Shown here in pieces: positions 1 to 8,847 of a stretch of DNA of 64,000 nt (position 1 is its first letter; every line of letters starts with the position of its first letter). Made by a program: the position numbers and the translations under genes. This DNA is from a virus (Duplodnaviria; Caudoviricetes), in IMG/VR virus record IMGVR_UViG_3300021387_000301, positions 3,273 through 67,272 of that record; one strand, given 5' to 3'. The notes under the pieces were generated by a model that was not told where the DNA came from, made no database searches, and saw nothing but the letters and a program-made list of their open reading frames with translations.

Positions 1-50
1 TGACCCTCACGGGCTGTCGGAGGCGCGGTATTAGCCGCGCTCTCCGTAGT

Positions 51-230
51 TCAGCAGGGAATAGCGTTCTCACGGAACTCTCTTAGGAGTCCGAAACGTT
101 TTCCGAGTTTGTAGAAATAATCTCCAATGATTGCCAGACCTTCGTAGCTATACGGATAGTCGCTGTCATTCAACTGCCAGTCAATAGCCTTTTGGCGGGC
201 GGCTTCTTTTCTTTTCTGATAGTTGTTCAT
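51..230 (-). CDS. small early phage protein (59 aa)
   Basis: Hand-translated MNNYQKRKEAARQKAIDWQ...LLREFRENAIPC*; A-rich leader; just below the ORF-track cutoff. Confidence 0.7.
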   Translation of the reverse strand: MNNYQKRKEAARQKAIDWQLNDSDYPYSYEGLAIIGDYFYKLGKRFGLLREFRENAIPC

Positions 231-317
231 AATTGTATGGATTTAAGTGTGGTGTGCTTTCCCCGAAAGTTATTTCAGAGAAAGCGTAGGTGTTAGATGC
301 GCGTCAAGTTTTCGTAC

Positions 318-536
318 TCAGTGGCAAATCCTGTCGGGGAATAGCACAGGCCAAGTTTTCAGTCCATGCACTTTGAGATAGTTTCTCGCAGTGGCCTTGC
401 TGTCGGCCAGCGTGTCGGAACGGCCGTAAATCATATCAACGGGGTTGAAAAGGCTCTTGCCCCAAAGGTAATAGCCGAAAGAACGTGTGTACTCGATTTT
501 GAATCCTTTGTACTCTGTGAATTTCTTAATTTCCAT
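318..536 (-). CDS. hypothetical early protein
   Basis: ORF 318..587, start moved to MEIKKF with ATTATG context; its TGA overlaps the AGTACGAAAA motif. Confidence 0.7.
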   Translation of the reverse strand: MEIKKFTEYKGFKIEYTRSFGYYLWGKSLFNPVDMIYGRSDTLADSKATARNYLKVHGLKTWPVLFPDRICH

Positions 537-593
537 AATTGTTTGTTTTAGGGGTTGTGCGCTGCGCCCCGGAACTGGCCGAGGCACAACAAT

Positions 594-908
594 TCAGCAA
601 TTTTGCAAATTCCAAAGGATGTCGTCAATTTCCTCTTTCGTCGGTTCTTCGCCGATGAATGAGAAATACGGATGGCTGTCCGTTGTGATGTCGAAACCGC
701 TGGCGGGAAAGCTGTTCGTCTGCCAAAAGAGGATTATGTGGTAAGTGTTCAGCCTTTTTTGCAGAAAATAGCCAGTCCAGTCGCCTGCCGAACTCGTTTG
801 CTCGGTGTATTCTACGCGGGCTACGCTCTTGAAACTTTGCAGGAACTCCTGCGGGGCATACCAAGTTCCTTCGACGTGGTATTGCCGATTTGTGAGCAAA
901 TTATTCAT
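594..908 (-). CDS. hypothetical early protein
   Basis: ORF 594..1001, start moved to MNNLLT (ATTATG context). Confidence 0.65.
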   Translation of the reverse strand: MNNLLTNRQYHVEGTWYAPQEFLQSFKSVARVEYTEQTSSAGDWTGYFLQKRLNTYHIILFWQTNSFPASGFDITTDSHPYFSFIGEEPTKEEIDDILWNLQNC

Positions 909-973
909 AATTTTGTTGTTTGGGGGTTGTTTCGTAGATTGGCAGTCTTTACGGCTGCGCAATCTTTGTGCTT

Positions 974-1189
974 TCAAAGGTTTGGGTATCGGCAAAAACA
1001 AGCTGCAACCATCTCTTTGAATGGTCTGTTAGAGAACATTCTTTCAACGGAAATTTTGTAGCCGTGAAGTTTTCTCGCCACCGTTTCAGCTTCTTCTTTT
1101 GTTTCGTAGTACCCGAATCTTTCGGTGTCATGACTCACTTCTGACTTTTGAACGCGAATCATAAAAACTGGGATGTTGTAGTCACACAT
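974..1189 (-). CDS. hypothetical early protein
   Basis: 71-aa ORF; start overlaps the upstream stop (ATGTGTGA). Confidence 0.55.
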   Translation of the reverse strand: MCDYNIPVFMIRVQKSEVSHDTERFGYYETKEEAETVARKLHGYKISVERMFSNRPFKEMVAACFCRYPNL

Positions 1190-1349
1190 AGTTTAGAGAT
1201 TTTTTGTTTAACTGATTCCATACTGCTCGCACATACTGAACGGCCCAAAAGAAATTAGGGAACCGACTGATTGTGTGCGCATCTTCCACGCGATAGACGC
1301 AATTCACGTCTTTGTAATCGTAGATAATAGAAAATCCTTTGTAATCCAT
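1182..1349 (-). CDS. hypothetical early protein (55 aa)
   Basis: Hand-translated MDYKGFSIIYDYKDVNC...; AACCCTAAAA leader; N-terminus resembles the YKGFKI of the 318..536 protein. Confidence 0.6.
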   Translation of the reverse strand: MDYKGFSIIYDYKDVNCVYRVEDAHTISRFPNFFWAVQYVRAVWNQLNKKSLNYV

Positions 1350-1412
1350 ATAATTTGAGTTTTTAGGGTTATTCGTGCAATATTCGTACTTTCGCGCGAA
1401 TATCGCTAAAGA

Positions 1413-1694
1413 TTAGAAGAACTTGTCTGGCTCCGGGTTGACGGTTTTCTGCATAAGGTATAGTCTGTGGCGGAATGATCGGCCGTTTTGGTGTGTCTCT
1501 ATTCCTCCGGCAGCGCGGTTGACTGCGTGGTGGAACCAATCAGGCTTTTTAAGGAATGGATTGAGTGCCAAGCCCATATCGTAGAACTTGTTGGCCGCAG
1601 CTAAATCGGTGAACACTTCCGTTGAGGCGATTGCATCAGTCTCATCGTTACAAATTTCATACCAAAGGTGGGTAACAACATAAATCTTTTCCAT
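1413..1694 (-). CDS. hypothetical early protein
   Basis: 93-aa ORF in the cassette array with ATTATG start. Confidence 0.7.
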   Translation of the reverse strand: MEKIYVVTHLWYEICNDETDAIASTEVFTDLAAANKFYDMGLALNPFLKKPDWFHHAVNRAAGGIETHQNGRSFRHRLYLMQKTVNPEPDKFF

Positions 1695-1812
1695 AATTCA
1701 ATTTTTTAGAGTTAGTAATGTCAATCGTTTGTTCCCTGCTCGGCTTTACGTTGTTCAGGGAATAGTGTTTTCGTACTCGCGGAGGGAGTTGACACACCGC
1801 GAGCATTGAGAA

Positions 1813-2265
1813 TTAGTCGGCCTTGAAAAATTCGTTGATCTTGGAAACGATATCCGTGCGGGAGCCGATGAACCAGAAGCCATCGTTATCGTAGCCGCGA
1901 GAAACGACGAGAACCTTGTCTCCTGCGAGAGCGCCGTAGACAATCTTGCGCGCGCTCTCAATCAGATTCTTGCCCCGTTCCTCATTCGGATTAATTCCTT
2001 CAACGAGAATGTAAGCCTGAAGGATGGTGTCGGCGTCGGCGGGAGTCTTGACTTTGACGAGTTCGACGATGTTGTCTTCGCAGCCAACCGAGAACACGTG
2101 GTATTCGTCGGTAGTCTTCACGACGATTGCTTTGTATTTCGCGAGAACGACGGCCTTCGCGGTCTTCTCGTACTTCTCGCACTCTTCTGCATTCTTGAAC
2201 TCCGTGCCATCGTTGGCAACATAGACGGTCACATAATTCTTTACTTCTTTCTGAATCTTTTTCAT
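1813..2265 (-). CDS. hypothetical early protein
   Basis: 150-aa ORF with ATTATG start. Confidence 0.75.
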   Translation of the reverse strand: MKKIQKEVKNYVTVYVANDGTEFKNAEECEKYEKTAKAVVLAKYKAIVVKTTDEYHVFSVGCEDNIVELVKVKTPADADTILQAYILVEGINPNEERGKNLIESARKIVYGALAGDKVLVVSRGYDNDGFWFIGSRTDIVSKINEFFKAD

Positions 2266-2352
2266 AATTGTAAGTTTTTTTGTGGGTTAATAAATTTAGA
2301 ATTAAAAAATATTCGCGCCACACCTCGGTATTCTCCAAGATGCGGCTTTTTT

Positions 2353-2583
2353 TCAGCAGAAATTAACGTGGTTCAGGATGTGCTTTGCGAGCCTGGGGTA
2401 ATACTCCGTGAGCACGCCCATCATTTCGGCGCGGTCTGCTTTGCGCAGGCGCTTAAAATCGTTGACACTCTGCATATCGCAGGAATTGCAGGCGAGCCAG
2501 TAATCCCAGACTGCTGCAAGTTCGTAAGCGTTGTGCTCTTCGCACTCGTTGGCCTTGGCCAAACCTTTGATCGTGTAAGCCAT
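2353..2583 (-). CDS. hypothetical early protein
   Basis: 76-aa ORF preceded by the cassette motif. Confidence 0.7.
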   Translation of the reverse strand: MAYTIKGLAKANECEEHNAYELAAVWDYWLACNSCDMQSVNDFKRLRKADRAEMMGVLTEYYPRLAKHILNHVNFC

Positions 2584-2660
2584 AATTCAAAATTTGAGGG
2601 TTAGACATTTTTCGTACTCCCGCAGGCATTTAAGGCTGCGGAAGTTTTTTGCGGAGATTT

Positions 2661-3344
2661 TTAGAGATAGTAAGTGTTGCTCACTATATACTCCGTCTTG
2701 AAGAAATCGCGCAGGTGGTAGTTGCTCTTTGCGTAATCTTCTATCACGCTGTACACCTTTGCGGCCATTTTGCGCGTCTTGTCATAGTCGCGGACGGCTT
2801 TCTTCCACATCGTAATCTGGTCGGAGAGAATTTTTTCGGCATTGTCGGCGTAGGAGTCCGTCGTTTCGAATATAACTCTTTCAGCTGGTGATGTGAGGAA
2901 AATTTTCAGTCGGAATGATTCTCTGGCCTGATAGCGCTGGCCGCAGCGGGAGGTGGAAATTTCCAGCCTGCCGACATTTGCTTTCTGTTCGTAATCGTAC
3001 TCTATGTTGAGCGTACAATACATGAAACGGTCTATCTTTTTCAACTCATCGTTGAGAATATTCGACAGACGGCGGTTCAGCACTTTGCCGTCGAACGACT
3101 TGATGATTCCCATCGCAGCTTTGCGGCCTTTGATGAGCATTTTTAATGTCTCAATCTCGGTCTCGGCCTTCTCGGAGAAACGGCCTTTGCGGTCGTTCTC
3201 GATTCGTTCCTGCCGATCACGTTTTTCTTGTTCACGTTTCGCATCCCGCTCGGCAATCATTATTTTCTGCTCTTCGGGTGTTGCGGCATCGAATTTCGCT
3301 TTCCATTCACGATGCTGTGCTAAAATTGCGTTCATTGCTTCCAT
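2661..3344 (-). CDS. hypothetical early protein with coiled-coil N-terminus
   Basis: 227-aa ORF with a charged helical N-terminus. Confidence 0.8.
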   Translation of the reverse strand: MEAMNAILAQHREWKAKFDAATPEEQKIMIAERDAKREQEKRDRQERIENDRKGRFSEKAETEIETLKMLIKGRKAAMGIIKSFDGKVLNRRLSNILNDELKKIDRFMYCTLNIEYDYEQKANVGRLEISTSRCGQRYQARESFRLKIFLTSPAERVIFETTDSYADNAEKILSDQITMWKKAVRDYDKTRKMAAKVYSVIEDYAKSNYHLRDFFKTEYIVSNTYYL

Positions 3345-3411
3345 AATTTTGAGTTTTTAAAGGGTTAAACAATAGTTCGCAGCCGTGGGCGAAACTAATC
3401 GCCCAGGACTT

Positions 3412-3729
3412 TTAGAAATTCACGCGATAGAGCTTGTTCTCGTCGTGATCTTCGTACATGCAGTTGCCGTACTTGTCAAGCCATACGGAAAATTCGTGGT
3501 CTTTGATGGGGTCGCCGTTCTTGTCGTACTCGCGTTTCCACCAGCCGAAAGAATTATTCAGCCAAAAATACTGCGAATCTATCGGCCGCAGAAGGTTGCC
3601 GACAACCTGGAGGAAAAAGCTCTCGAATTGCGTTAAACTTGTGCAGCCAGTGCGGCGTTCAAAACCATTTTTGAACTCATCGTCGATTTGGCGAAGTTCA
3701 AGCTGTTCACGTTCCAAAATCTGAATCAT
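3412..3729 (-). CDS. hypothetical early protein
   Basis: 105-aa ORF preceded by the cassette motif. Confidence 0.75.
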   Translation of the reverse strand: MIQILEREQLELRQIDDEFKNGFERRTGCTSLTQFESFFLQVVGNLLRPIDSQYFWLNNSFGWWKREYDKNGDPIKDHEFSVWLDKYGNCMYEDHDENKLYRVNF

Positions 3730-3799
3730 AATTGTAAATTTTAGGGGTTAGACAATAGGCCGCAGGAAGCCTTTTTCGTACTTCCCGCAGAAAGGCGAT

Positions 3800-4300
3800 T
3801 CAGGCGGCGAAAGATGCAAACTCTTCTGGCGTGTCATGCTCGCGGGCTTCCTCTCCAAACTTTTCGTAGAGATATTCGTTGTAATCATCGCAAAGGGCGC
3901 AGAGGAAATTTTCATCTACACCGAAGGAATTTTCATAGTCTGACAAGTAAAGTGATCCCACCGTGATTTCGGTTCGAAGTGTCATGAGATTTTCGTATGA
4001 CAAATCCGAGATTTCGGCAAAGATTGAAAGGCTTTCAATCTCAGTCCAAAATTGTTCCCCGGAATCGTCCTGAACAAGAATTTCGTACTCGTCAGCGTTG
4101 AACCAGTAATAATCCATTTCTCCCAGAGAACAGAACTTTTTACTTTCCTTTTCGCGCATCACGGCGCTGCAAATAGTTACGATTTCGGATTTCTCCGTGT
4201 AGGGGATGGAACCATAACCTTTGCAGGTGGCGGCGTAGTAATTGTACTCGCGCCATGTGTGGCGTGCTTTCGCGCCGACTTCGATAAAGCTGTAACTCAT
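3800..4300 (-). CDS. hypothetical early protein with acidic C-terminus
   Basis: 166-aa ORF preceded by the cassette motif. Confidence 0.75.
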   Translation of the reverse strand: MSYSFIEVGAKARHTWREYNYYAATCKGYGSIPYTEKSEIVTICSAVMREKESKKFCSLGEMDYYWFNADEYEILVQDDSGEQFWTEIESLSIFAEISDLSYENLMTLRTEITVGSLYLSDYENSFGVDENFLCALCDDYNEYLYEKFGEEAREHDTPEEFASFAA

Positions 4301-4364
4301 AATTGTATTTTTTGAGGGTTAGTAATTCGTACTTCCGGCGGTCGCTAAACCGCCAGAAAGTTTT

Positions 4365-5066
4365 TCATGCAGTCTCTTCGTAGATACCTTTGAACAAAGT
4401 TCCGTCCTCGTAGAAAAGATTGTTTTCGTTCCAGTTTGTAAGTTGTTCCTCGATGGCTGAGTCTGTGTCGCACCAGTATTCGTACTCTTTGTGCCATGCA
4501 CTGAAGAGATTGTCAAGACACGTTTCAACCAAGTCTTTGAGGGAGAAACTTTTGCTGATGGGCTTCGCCAGAGTTTCGGCTATCGGCTGCATAACTTCGT
4601 AGTCGTAGCACACGCCAGTTAGCGGACAGTTGTCCCAACTTTCACGCTGAATCTTTGAGAAACGTTGTTTATTCCAACGGTGTTTCTCTCGGTTGTAGCC
4701 TGCATCGTACTTGTAATACTTCTTTGCTTTAAGTGCATACGGCATAAAGTTGTTGTTGAGCCAACGACGTAGAAGTTTGCCAGTGCATTCTTCGTTAGAA
4801 ATACAATAGTCGGTCCAATAGTTTTCGAAGGCGTAGTCGTTGTGAAAGTCGAACGAGAAATGATAGCTGCAATAGTCAACTTCGTAGCTGACTTTGACAC
4901 CCATCAACTCTGAAAACTTTTCAAGCGTACCTTCGTAGTCGCTTGCGTAACCATCCATAGTTTGGTAGCCAACGTTCCAACGTTCTTTGTCAACGATGGA
5001 CTTTCGTACTTGCTCTGAAAGTTCCTCGAACTTGTAGAGCTTAACTTTTACTTCTTTCATAATCAT
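4365..5066 (-). CDS. hypothetical early protein (aromatic-rich)
   Basis: 233-aa ORF; the N-terminal LYKFEELSE motif recalls a widespread phage family of unverified function. Confidence 0.75.
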   Translation of the reverse strand: MIMKEVKVKLYKFEELSEQVRKSIVDKERWNVGYQTMDGYASDYEGTLEKFSELMGVKVSYEVDYCSYHFSFDFHNDYAFENYWTDYCISNEECTGKLLRRWLNNNFMPYALKAKKYYKYDAGYNREKHRWNKQRFSKIQRESWDNCPLTGVCYDYEVMQPIAETLAKPISKSFSLKDLVETCLDNLFSAWHKEYEYWCDTDSAIEEQLTNWNENNLFYEDGTLFKGIYEETA

Positions 5067-5129
5067 AAAGTTTTAGAGGGTTAATAAATCGTACTCCCCG
5101 CGAAGAATTAACTCCGCAGGGAATTTTTT

Positions 5130-5579
5130 TCAGGCGCTTTCCAGTTCCTTTTCGTAAACTCTCTCGGAGAGATACGACCCGAAATTGTATTGGAACCAAT
5201 ATGTTCCGAAAGCGTAGGTGTACCAGTCAAACGCCCACGTCTGGAATTTTTGCAAATCCTCATCGGAAATCGTTTCGTCGTCGATGGATTTTACAATTTC
5301 CTCGAACTTGCCCCAGGGCGTTATCTCGCTGGGGATGAAGTCGGGCATATCGTTCCAATCCTGCTTAATATTGCAAAAATTCCCATCCATGTGGGTATCT
5401 TTTTTGTGAACATACCGTTTCATGGATTCCAGCGTTTCAAACGCCGCATTTTCGGCGTAGCTCTCACAAATGGACTCTAATTCACATTTTGCAAAATCAT
5501 CTTTGTAATCTTCGGCGACCTCGTTGCAGAGATTGAGAAACGTTTCGTAGACGTTCTCAAAATTCATAAAATCTTTCAT
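5130..5579 (-). CDS. acidic early protein (possible DNA mimic)
   Basis: 149 aa from MKDFMN; about 33 D/E versus 13 K/R by hand count. Confidence 0.7.
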   Translation of the reverse strand: MKDFMNFENVYETFLNLCNEVAEDYKDDFAKCELESICESYAENAAFETLESMKRYVHKKDTHMDGNFCNIKQDWNDMPDFIPSEITPWGKFEEIVKSIDDETISDEDLQKFQTWAFDWYTYAFGTYWFQYNFGSYLSERVYEKELESA

Positions 5580-5647
5580 AACAAAGTTTTTTAAGTTAAA
5601 CATAGCTTTTCGTACTCCCCGCAGGAATTAACCAGCGGAGAGATTTT

Positions 5648-5923
5648 TTAGAACGGAGACGTCCAGGGAAAATCCGAGGGGATGCCCCGGAAATTTTTCA
5701 GCCGTTCAATTTCTTCAAAGAATTGTTCTTTCGTCATTTCTCGCATATTCGGAATGGAACCGCCATGCGGGTATGTGTACACATAACTTGGCTTGCTGTT
5801 GGGATCGTAGAACCCTTTGAAGATTTTCATCACAGGGACGCCGCAGAAATAAATAACATTCTCTGCGCAGTCGGCATAGCAAGTGAAACACGATTTGATT
5901 TGGTCTGCAATAATCTTTTCCAT
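5648..5923 (-). CDS. hypothetical early protein
   Basis: 91-aa ORF preceded by the cassette motif. Confidence 0.7.
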   Translation of the reverse strand: MEKIIADQIKSCFTCYADCAENVIYFCGVPVMKIFKGFYDPNSKPSYVYTYPHGGSIPNMREMTKEQFFEEIERLKNFRGIPSDFPWTSPF

Positions 5924-5989
5924 AATCTTTTGAGTTTAGAGTTGAACATTTTTCGTACTCTGCGCCCGAACTGACGAGCGCGGAGAAAT

Positions 5990-6238
5990 TTATGCGAAGA
6001 TTATTTTCTTGCCACGGCGGCAGCAGTTAGCACCGAGAGCGCGCAGACGGCTCGCCGTTGTGACCGTCGGCCAGCCTGCATCCGTGAAACGTTTCTTGCC
6101 GTTCTTGATCTCGCAAATCATATTGTCGAACAAGAAAACGCGCGTGATTCCGTTCTTCACTTCTACGCGCGTATTGCTTTGGCTGAAATTGCGGCCAGCC
6201 TCTACGGCCTCGACCATCATTTTTTCAATCTTTCTCAT
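5990..6238 (-). CDS. conserved small phage protein
   Basis: MRKIEKMM...DAGWPTVTTASRLRAL resembles a common phage hypothetical family (recalled, not searched). Confidence 0.75.
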   Translation of the reverse strand: MRKIEKMMVEAVEAGRNFSQSNTRVEVKNGITRVFLFDNMICEIKNGKKRFTDAGWPTVTTASRLRALGANCCRRGKKIIFA

Positions 6239-6311
6239 AATTCAGATTTTTTAAATTGTTAGACAAAAGTTTTTCGTACACCCTGCGAGATTTGCCCCGC
6301 AGGGAATTTTT

Positions 6312-6482
6312 TCACGCCTGACAAATTCGGTAGTTCATACCGTTTGCCCGGAAATGTTCGGCCAGCCTGACGGCGGCACCATAGCCGAAACGCTTTGCAG
6401 CTTTCAGCTGCGCATTTTTCGGCGCGTGAACGTCGGAGCAATAAAAGCCCCGGCCGTTTTCGCATTTTAATACGTACTGCAT
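6312..6482 (-). CDS. hypothetical early protein (56 aa)
   Basis: Hand-translated MQYVLKCENGRGFYCSD...; fills the slot between two cassette motifs. Confidence 0.6.
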   Translation of the reverse strand: MQYVLKCENGRGFYCSDVHAPKNAQLKAAKRFGYGAAVRLAEHFRANGMNYRICQA

Positions 6483-6553
6483 AATTCAAAAAGATTTTGG
6501 GAAAAAGTTTTTCGTACTCCAGACGAAATTTAATCCGTCTGGGATTGTGCGCT

Positions 6554-6640
6554 TTATTTCGTGCCGACATACCAGCCACAGAGAATAAGCGCGACGAGCG
6601 GCAAATAAACCGCCAAATTTACGATCATATAAGTTTCCAT
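6554..6640 (-). CDS. 28-aa hydrophobic peptide
   Basis: METYMIVNLAVYLPLVALILCGWYVGTK*; fills the slot between two cassette motifs; one predicted TM helix. Confidence 0.5.
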   Translation of the reverse strand: METYMIVNLAVYLPLVALILCGWYVGTK

Positions 6641-6703
6641 AATCAAAAAGTTTTGAAGTTTTTTGTTGCCGAGGAATAATTTTTCGTACTCCCCGGCATT
6701 TTC

Positions 6704-6919
6704 TTACTGACGGCTGAATTTTGTCAGGCCGAGCATAATAAACAGCTCGACAGCCAAAGCCACGATCACGACGACGGGCACCAGAGCAAAGCACCAAAAG
6801 CCCGAAACATTAAAAACGTCGTGAAGATAGTTTGCAGCGCACGCGCCGCAGTAGATAGATGCCAAAACGACCGCCAGCACAATCGTACCGAACGAAAGCC
6901 AAGAAACTAAATTTTTCAT
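6704..6919 (-). CDS. small membrane protein
   Basis: 71 aa with two hydrophobic segments. Confidence 0.7.
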   Translation of the reverse strand: MKNLVSWLSFGTIVLAVVLASIYCGACAANYLHDVFNVSGFWCFALVPVVVIVALAVELFIMLGLTKFSRQ

Positions 6920-6993
6920 AACGAATTTTATTTAAGAGTTGAACATTTTTCGTACTCCTGGAGCAATTTTCGTACTCCGGGAGATTTTTCGTA

Positions 6994-7107
6994 CTATTCG
7001 AAAAAGGCTTTTAAATCTTTGTCGGAGAGCGCGCCTATAATTTCACACATCTTTTCGTCGCCGTACATGTTGCACAGTGTTTCGGCAAGTTCGAAATAAT
7101 TTTCCAT
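6994..7107 (-). CDS. 37-aa acidic peptide
   Basis: MENYFELAETLCNMYGDEKMCEIIGALSDKDLKAFFE*; its TAG overlaps the motif (TAGTACGAAAA). Confidence 0.55.
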   Translation of the reverse strand: MENYFELAETLCNMYGDEKMCEIIGALSDKDLKAFFE

Positions 7108-7161
7108 AATTCATTAAGTTTTTTAAGGTGAGACAAAAGTTTTTCGTGAAAGCGAGCGCGT

Positions 7162-7455
7162 TTAAACGCTCGCAATCTGGGCAAGATAATAATTTCCGCG
7201 TTCCTCCGGCAGGATGTAGTCCAGTTCAATATCAAAATTGCCGAAAATCTTTCGCACGACATTTTCGTCGTCAACGTCACGCGGCACCCAGGCGAAAAAA
7301 TACTCGCCCGGTTCAAGTTTGGTTTCTTCTAAGAGACCGCCAAAATATTTTGCGGCGTCGCGATCATCGTCGAAAACTTTCACCGTGCCGCAGTCCTCAA
7401 TGAGGAACCAGTCGGCACAAAGCAGCTTAACGACTTTCAAAGCATTTTCTTTCAT
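7162..7455 (-). CDS. hypothetical early protein
   Basis: Start moved to MKENAL (ATTATG context). Confidence 0.7.
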   Translation of the reverse strand: MKENALKVVKLLCADWFLIEDCGTVKVFDDDRDAAKYFGGLLEETKLEPGEYFFAWVPRDVDDENVVRKIFGNFDIELDYILPEERGNYYLAQIASV

Positions 7456-7507
7456 AATCAAAGTTTTTTTAGGGTTGAACAAAAGTTTTTCGTTTCCGCC
7501 GTTCCGA

Positions 7508-7780
7508 TCAAAGAGCGGCGAAATAATAGGTTCGGAATTTCTTGAAATCAATTCCGTTTGCGCTCAGAACCTCTTTCGAGATTCTCAAATCTTTCATGCG
7601 CTCTTTGAGAAATTCAAAGTTCGCAATAATTTCCCCGGCAAGCCAGGAATTTTTGTCTAAACAATTTTCGCCGCCGAGCTTTTCAATCTGGCGGGAAATA
7701 TCATTCAGGCGCACACGAATGATCGTGCAGCACCTCTCCGCTGGCGTTTTTTCAGCCAGCCAGGTAACTGTATCTTTCAT
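7508..7780 (-). CDS. hypothetical early protein, first gene of the array
   Basis: 90-aa ORF. Confidence 0.7.
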   Translation of the reverse strand: MKDTVTWLAEKTPAERCCTIIRVRLNDISRQIEKLGGENCLDKNSWLAGEIIANFEFLKERMKDLRISKEVLSANGIDFKKFRTYYFAAL

Positions 7781-8847
7781 AAATCATTTTGTTTTTCGGT
7801 GAATAAAAAGAGAGCACGCCGTTATTTTTCAAACAGCGCGCCCGGAAAACTCCACGCCGACAAATTTTCTCTGCCCGCGCGAAGTGAAAAACTAAAACTC
7901 AATTATGAATTATTTTTCCAAAAACGAAAATGCAATTTTGAATAACGAATCTTTTCACAAAGATCGCCAGAGCGAAAAGAATAGTTTTTTGTCCGTAAAA
8001 ATTTCTAAAGAGAAAAATTTATGGGCAAAACTTTTTCTTTTCCTAAAAAACTTTTTCGCTTTGGTGTGCAAAACTTGCAACCGCTTTGCACGTCGGGCCG
8101 TGACCCGCTGTCACCGTCGGCACCGCCATAGACCCGCACCACACCGACCGCCAGCAGCACCACCGCCACAGCTCCCAAAGGGAGCAGCGGCAGCAGAGCC
8201 ACAGCAGGCCGGGCAGGGCAGGCAGGCAGCACCGACGGCCGCCACCGCTCAAACATCCACAGCGGCCACCGCTCCAAAGGAGCAGCAGCGCAGGACGCCC
8301 AGCAGGCAGCAGGCAGCAGGCAGCGCACGCGCAACGCCCGACAGCCACCAGCGCCAGCGGTGCCGCCGATCATCTTTCGGCCGCTGTGCCACTCTTACAA
8401 CGAGCAGCAGCAGCGACCCCGGACGAGCAACAGCGCAACCAGGGCAGGCAGCAGGCACACCGCGCGAGGACCACAGCAGGCAGGCAGCAGGCCAGAGGCC
8501 AGCAGCACCCGCCACCGCTTTTGAACTGTGCCCCGCCACTATGGCAGCGCCCCGGACGACCAAACAACGGCCGTTAAATCCAGGGCACCCCACAGCGGCG
8601 GCAGCTCCACCCGCGCAGCGTGCAACGTTAACCACCTTTGGCAGCTCCCAGCCGAGAGGCCGGGCGGGCTGTTTGTTCGGTCTAATCTGCGCTCATATAG
8701 GGCAGCAGTACGGACCGCCGAAAGTAGCCGTTAAAGTGCTTTTAGTGACCTTTGCAGGCCAGGCCCCACCACCGCGACAAGGTAAGCACTTTTGGAGAGG
8801 AAAGCCCCAGCGGGCAGAGCCGCCAGGGCGCGCAGGGCGCGCAGCAG

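Larger units (their letters stand above)
309..7495 (-). repeat. dispersed intergenic element: hairpin + (G)AGTACGAAAA, about 15 good and 3 degenerate copies
   Basis: Plus-strand (TTT)TCGTAC(T) at about 309, 1383, 1768, 2608, 3772, 4326, 5089, 5607, 5949, 6270, 6508, 6680, 6946, 6967, 6986; degenerate near 3376, 7139, 7486; most are adjacent to a GC hairpin. Confidence 0.85.

Noticed and set aside
4081-5010. TTCGTACT copies at 4082 and 5003 as array elements
   Set aside because: Both are inside coding sequence (DEYEI, QVRK) with no hairpin; attributed to codon usage.
309-6996. Repeated motif as a CRISPR array
   Set aside because: The conserved part is only about 10 bp and units are separated by whole genes, not 30-40 bp spacers; no cas genes are seen.
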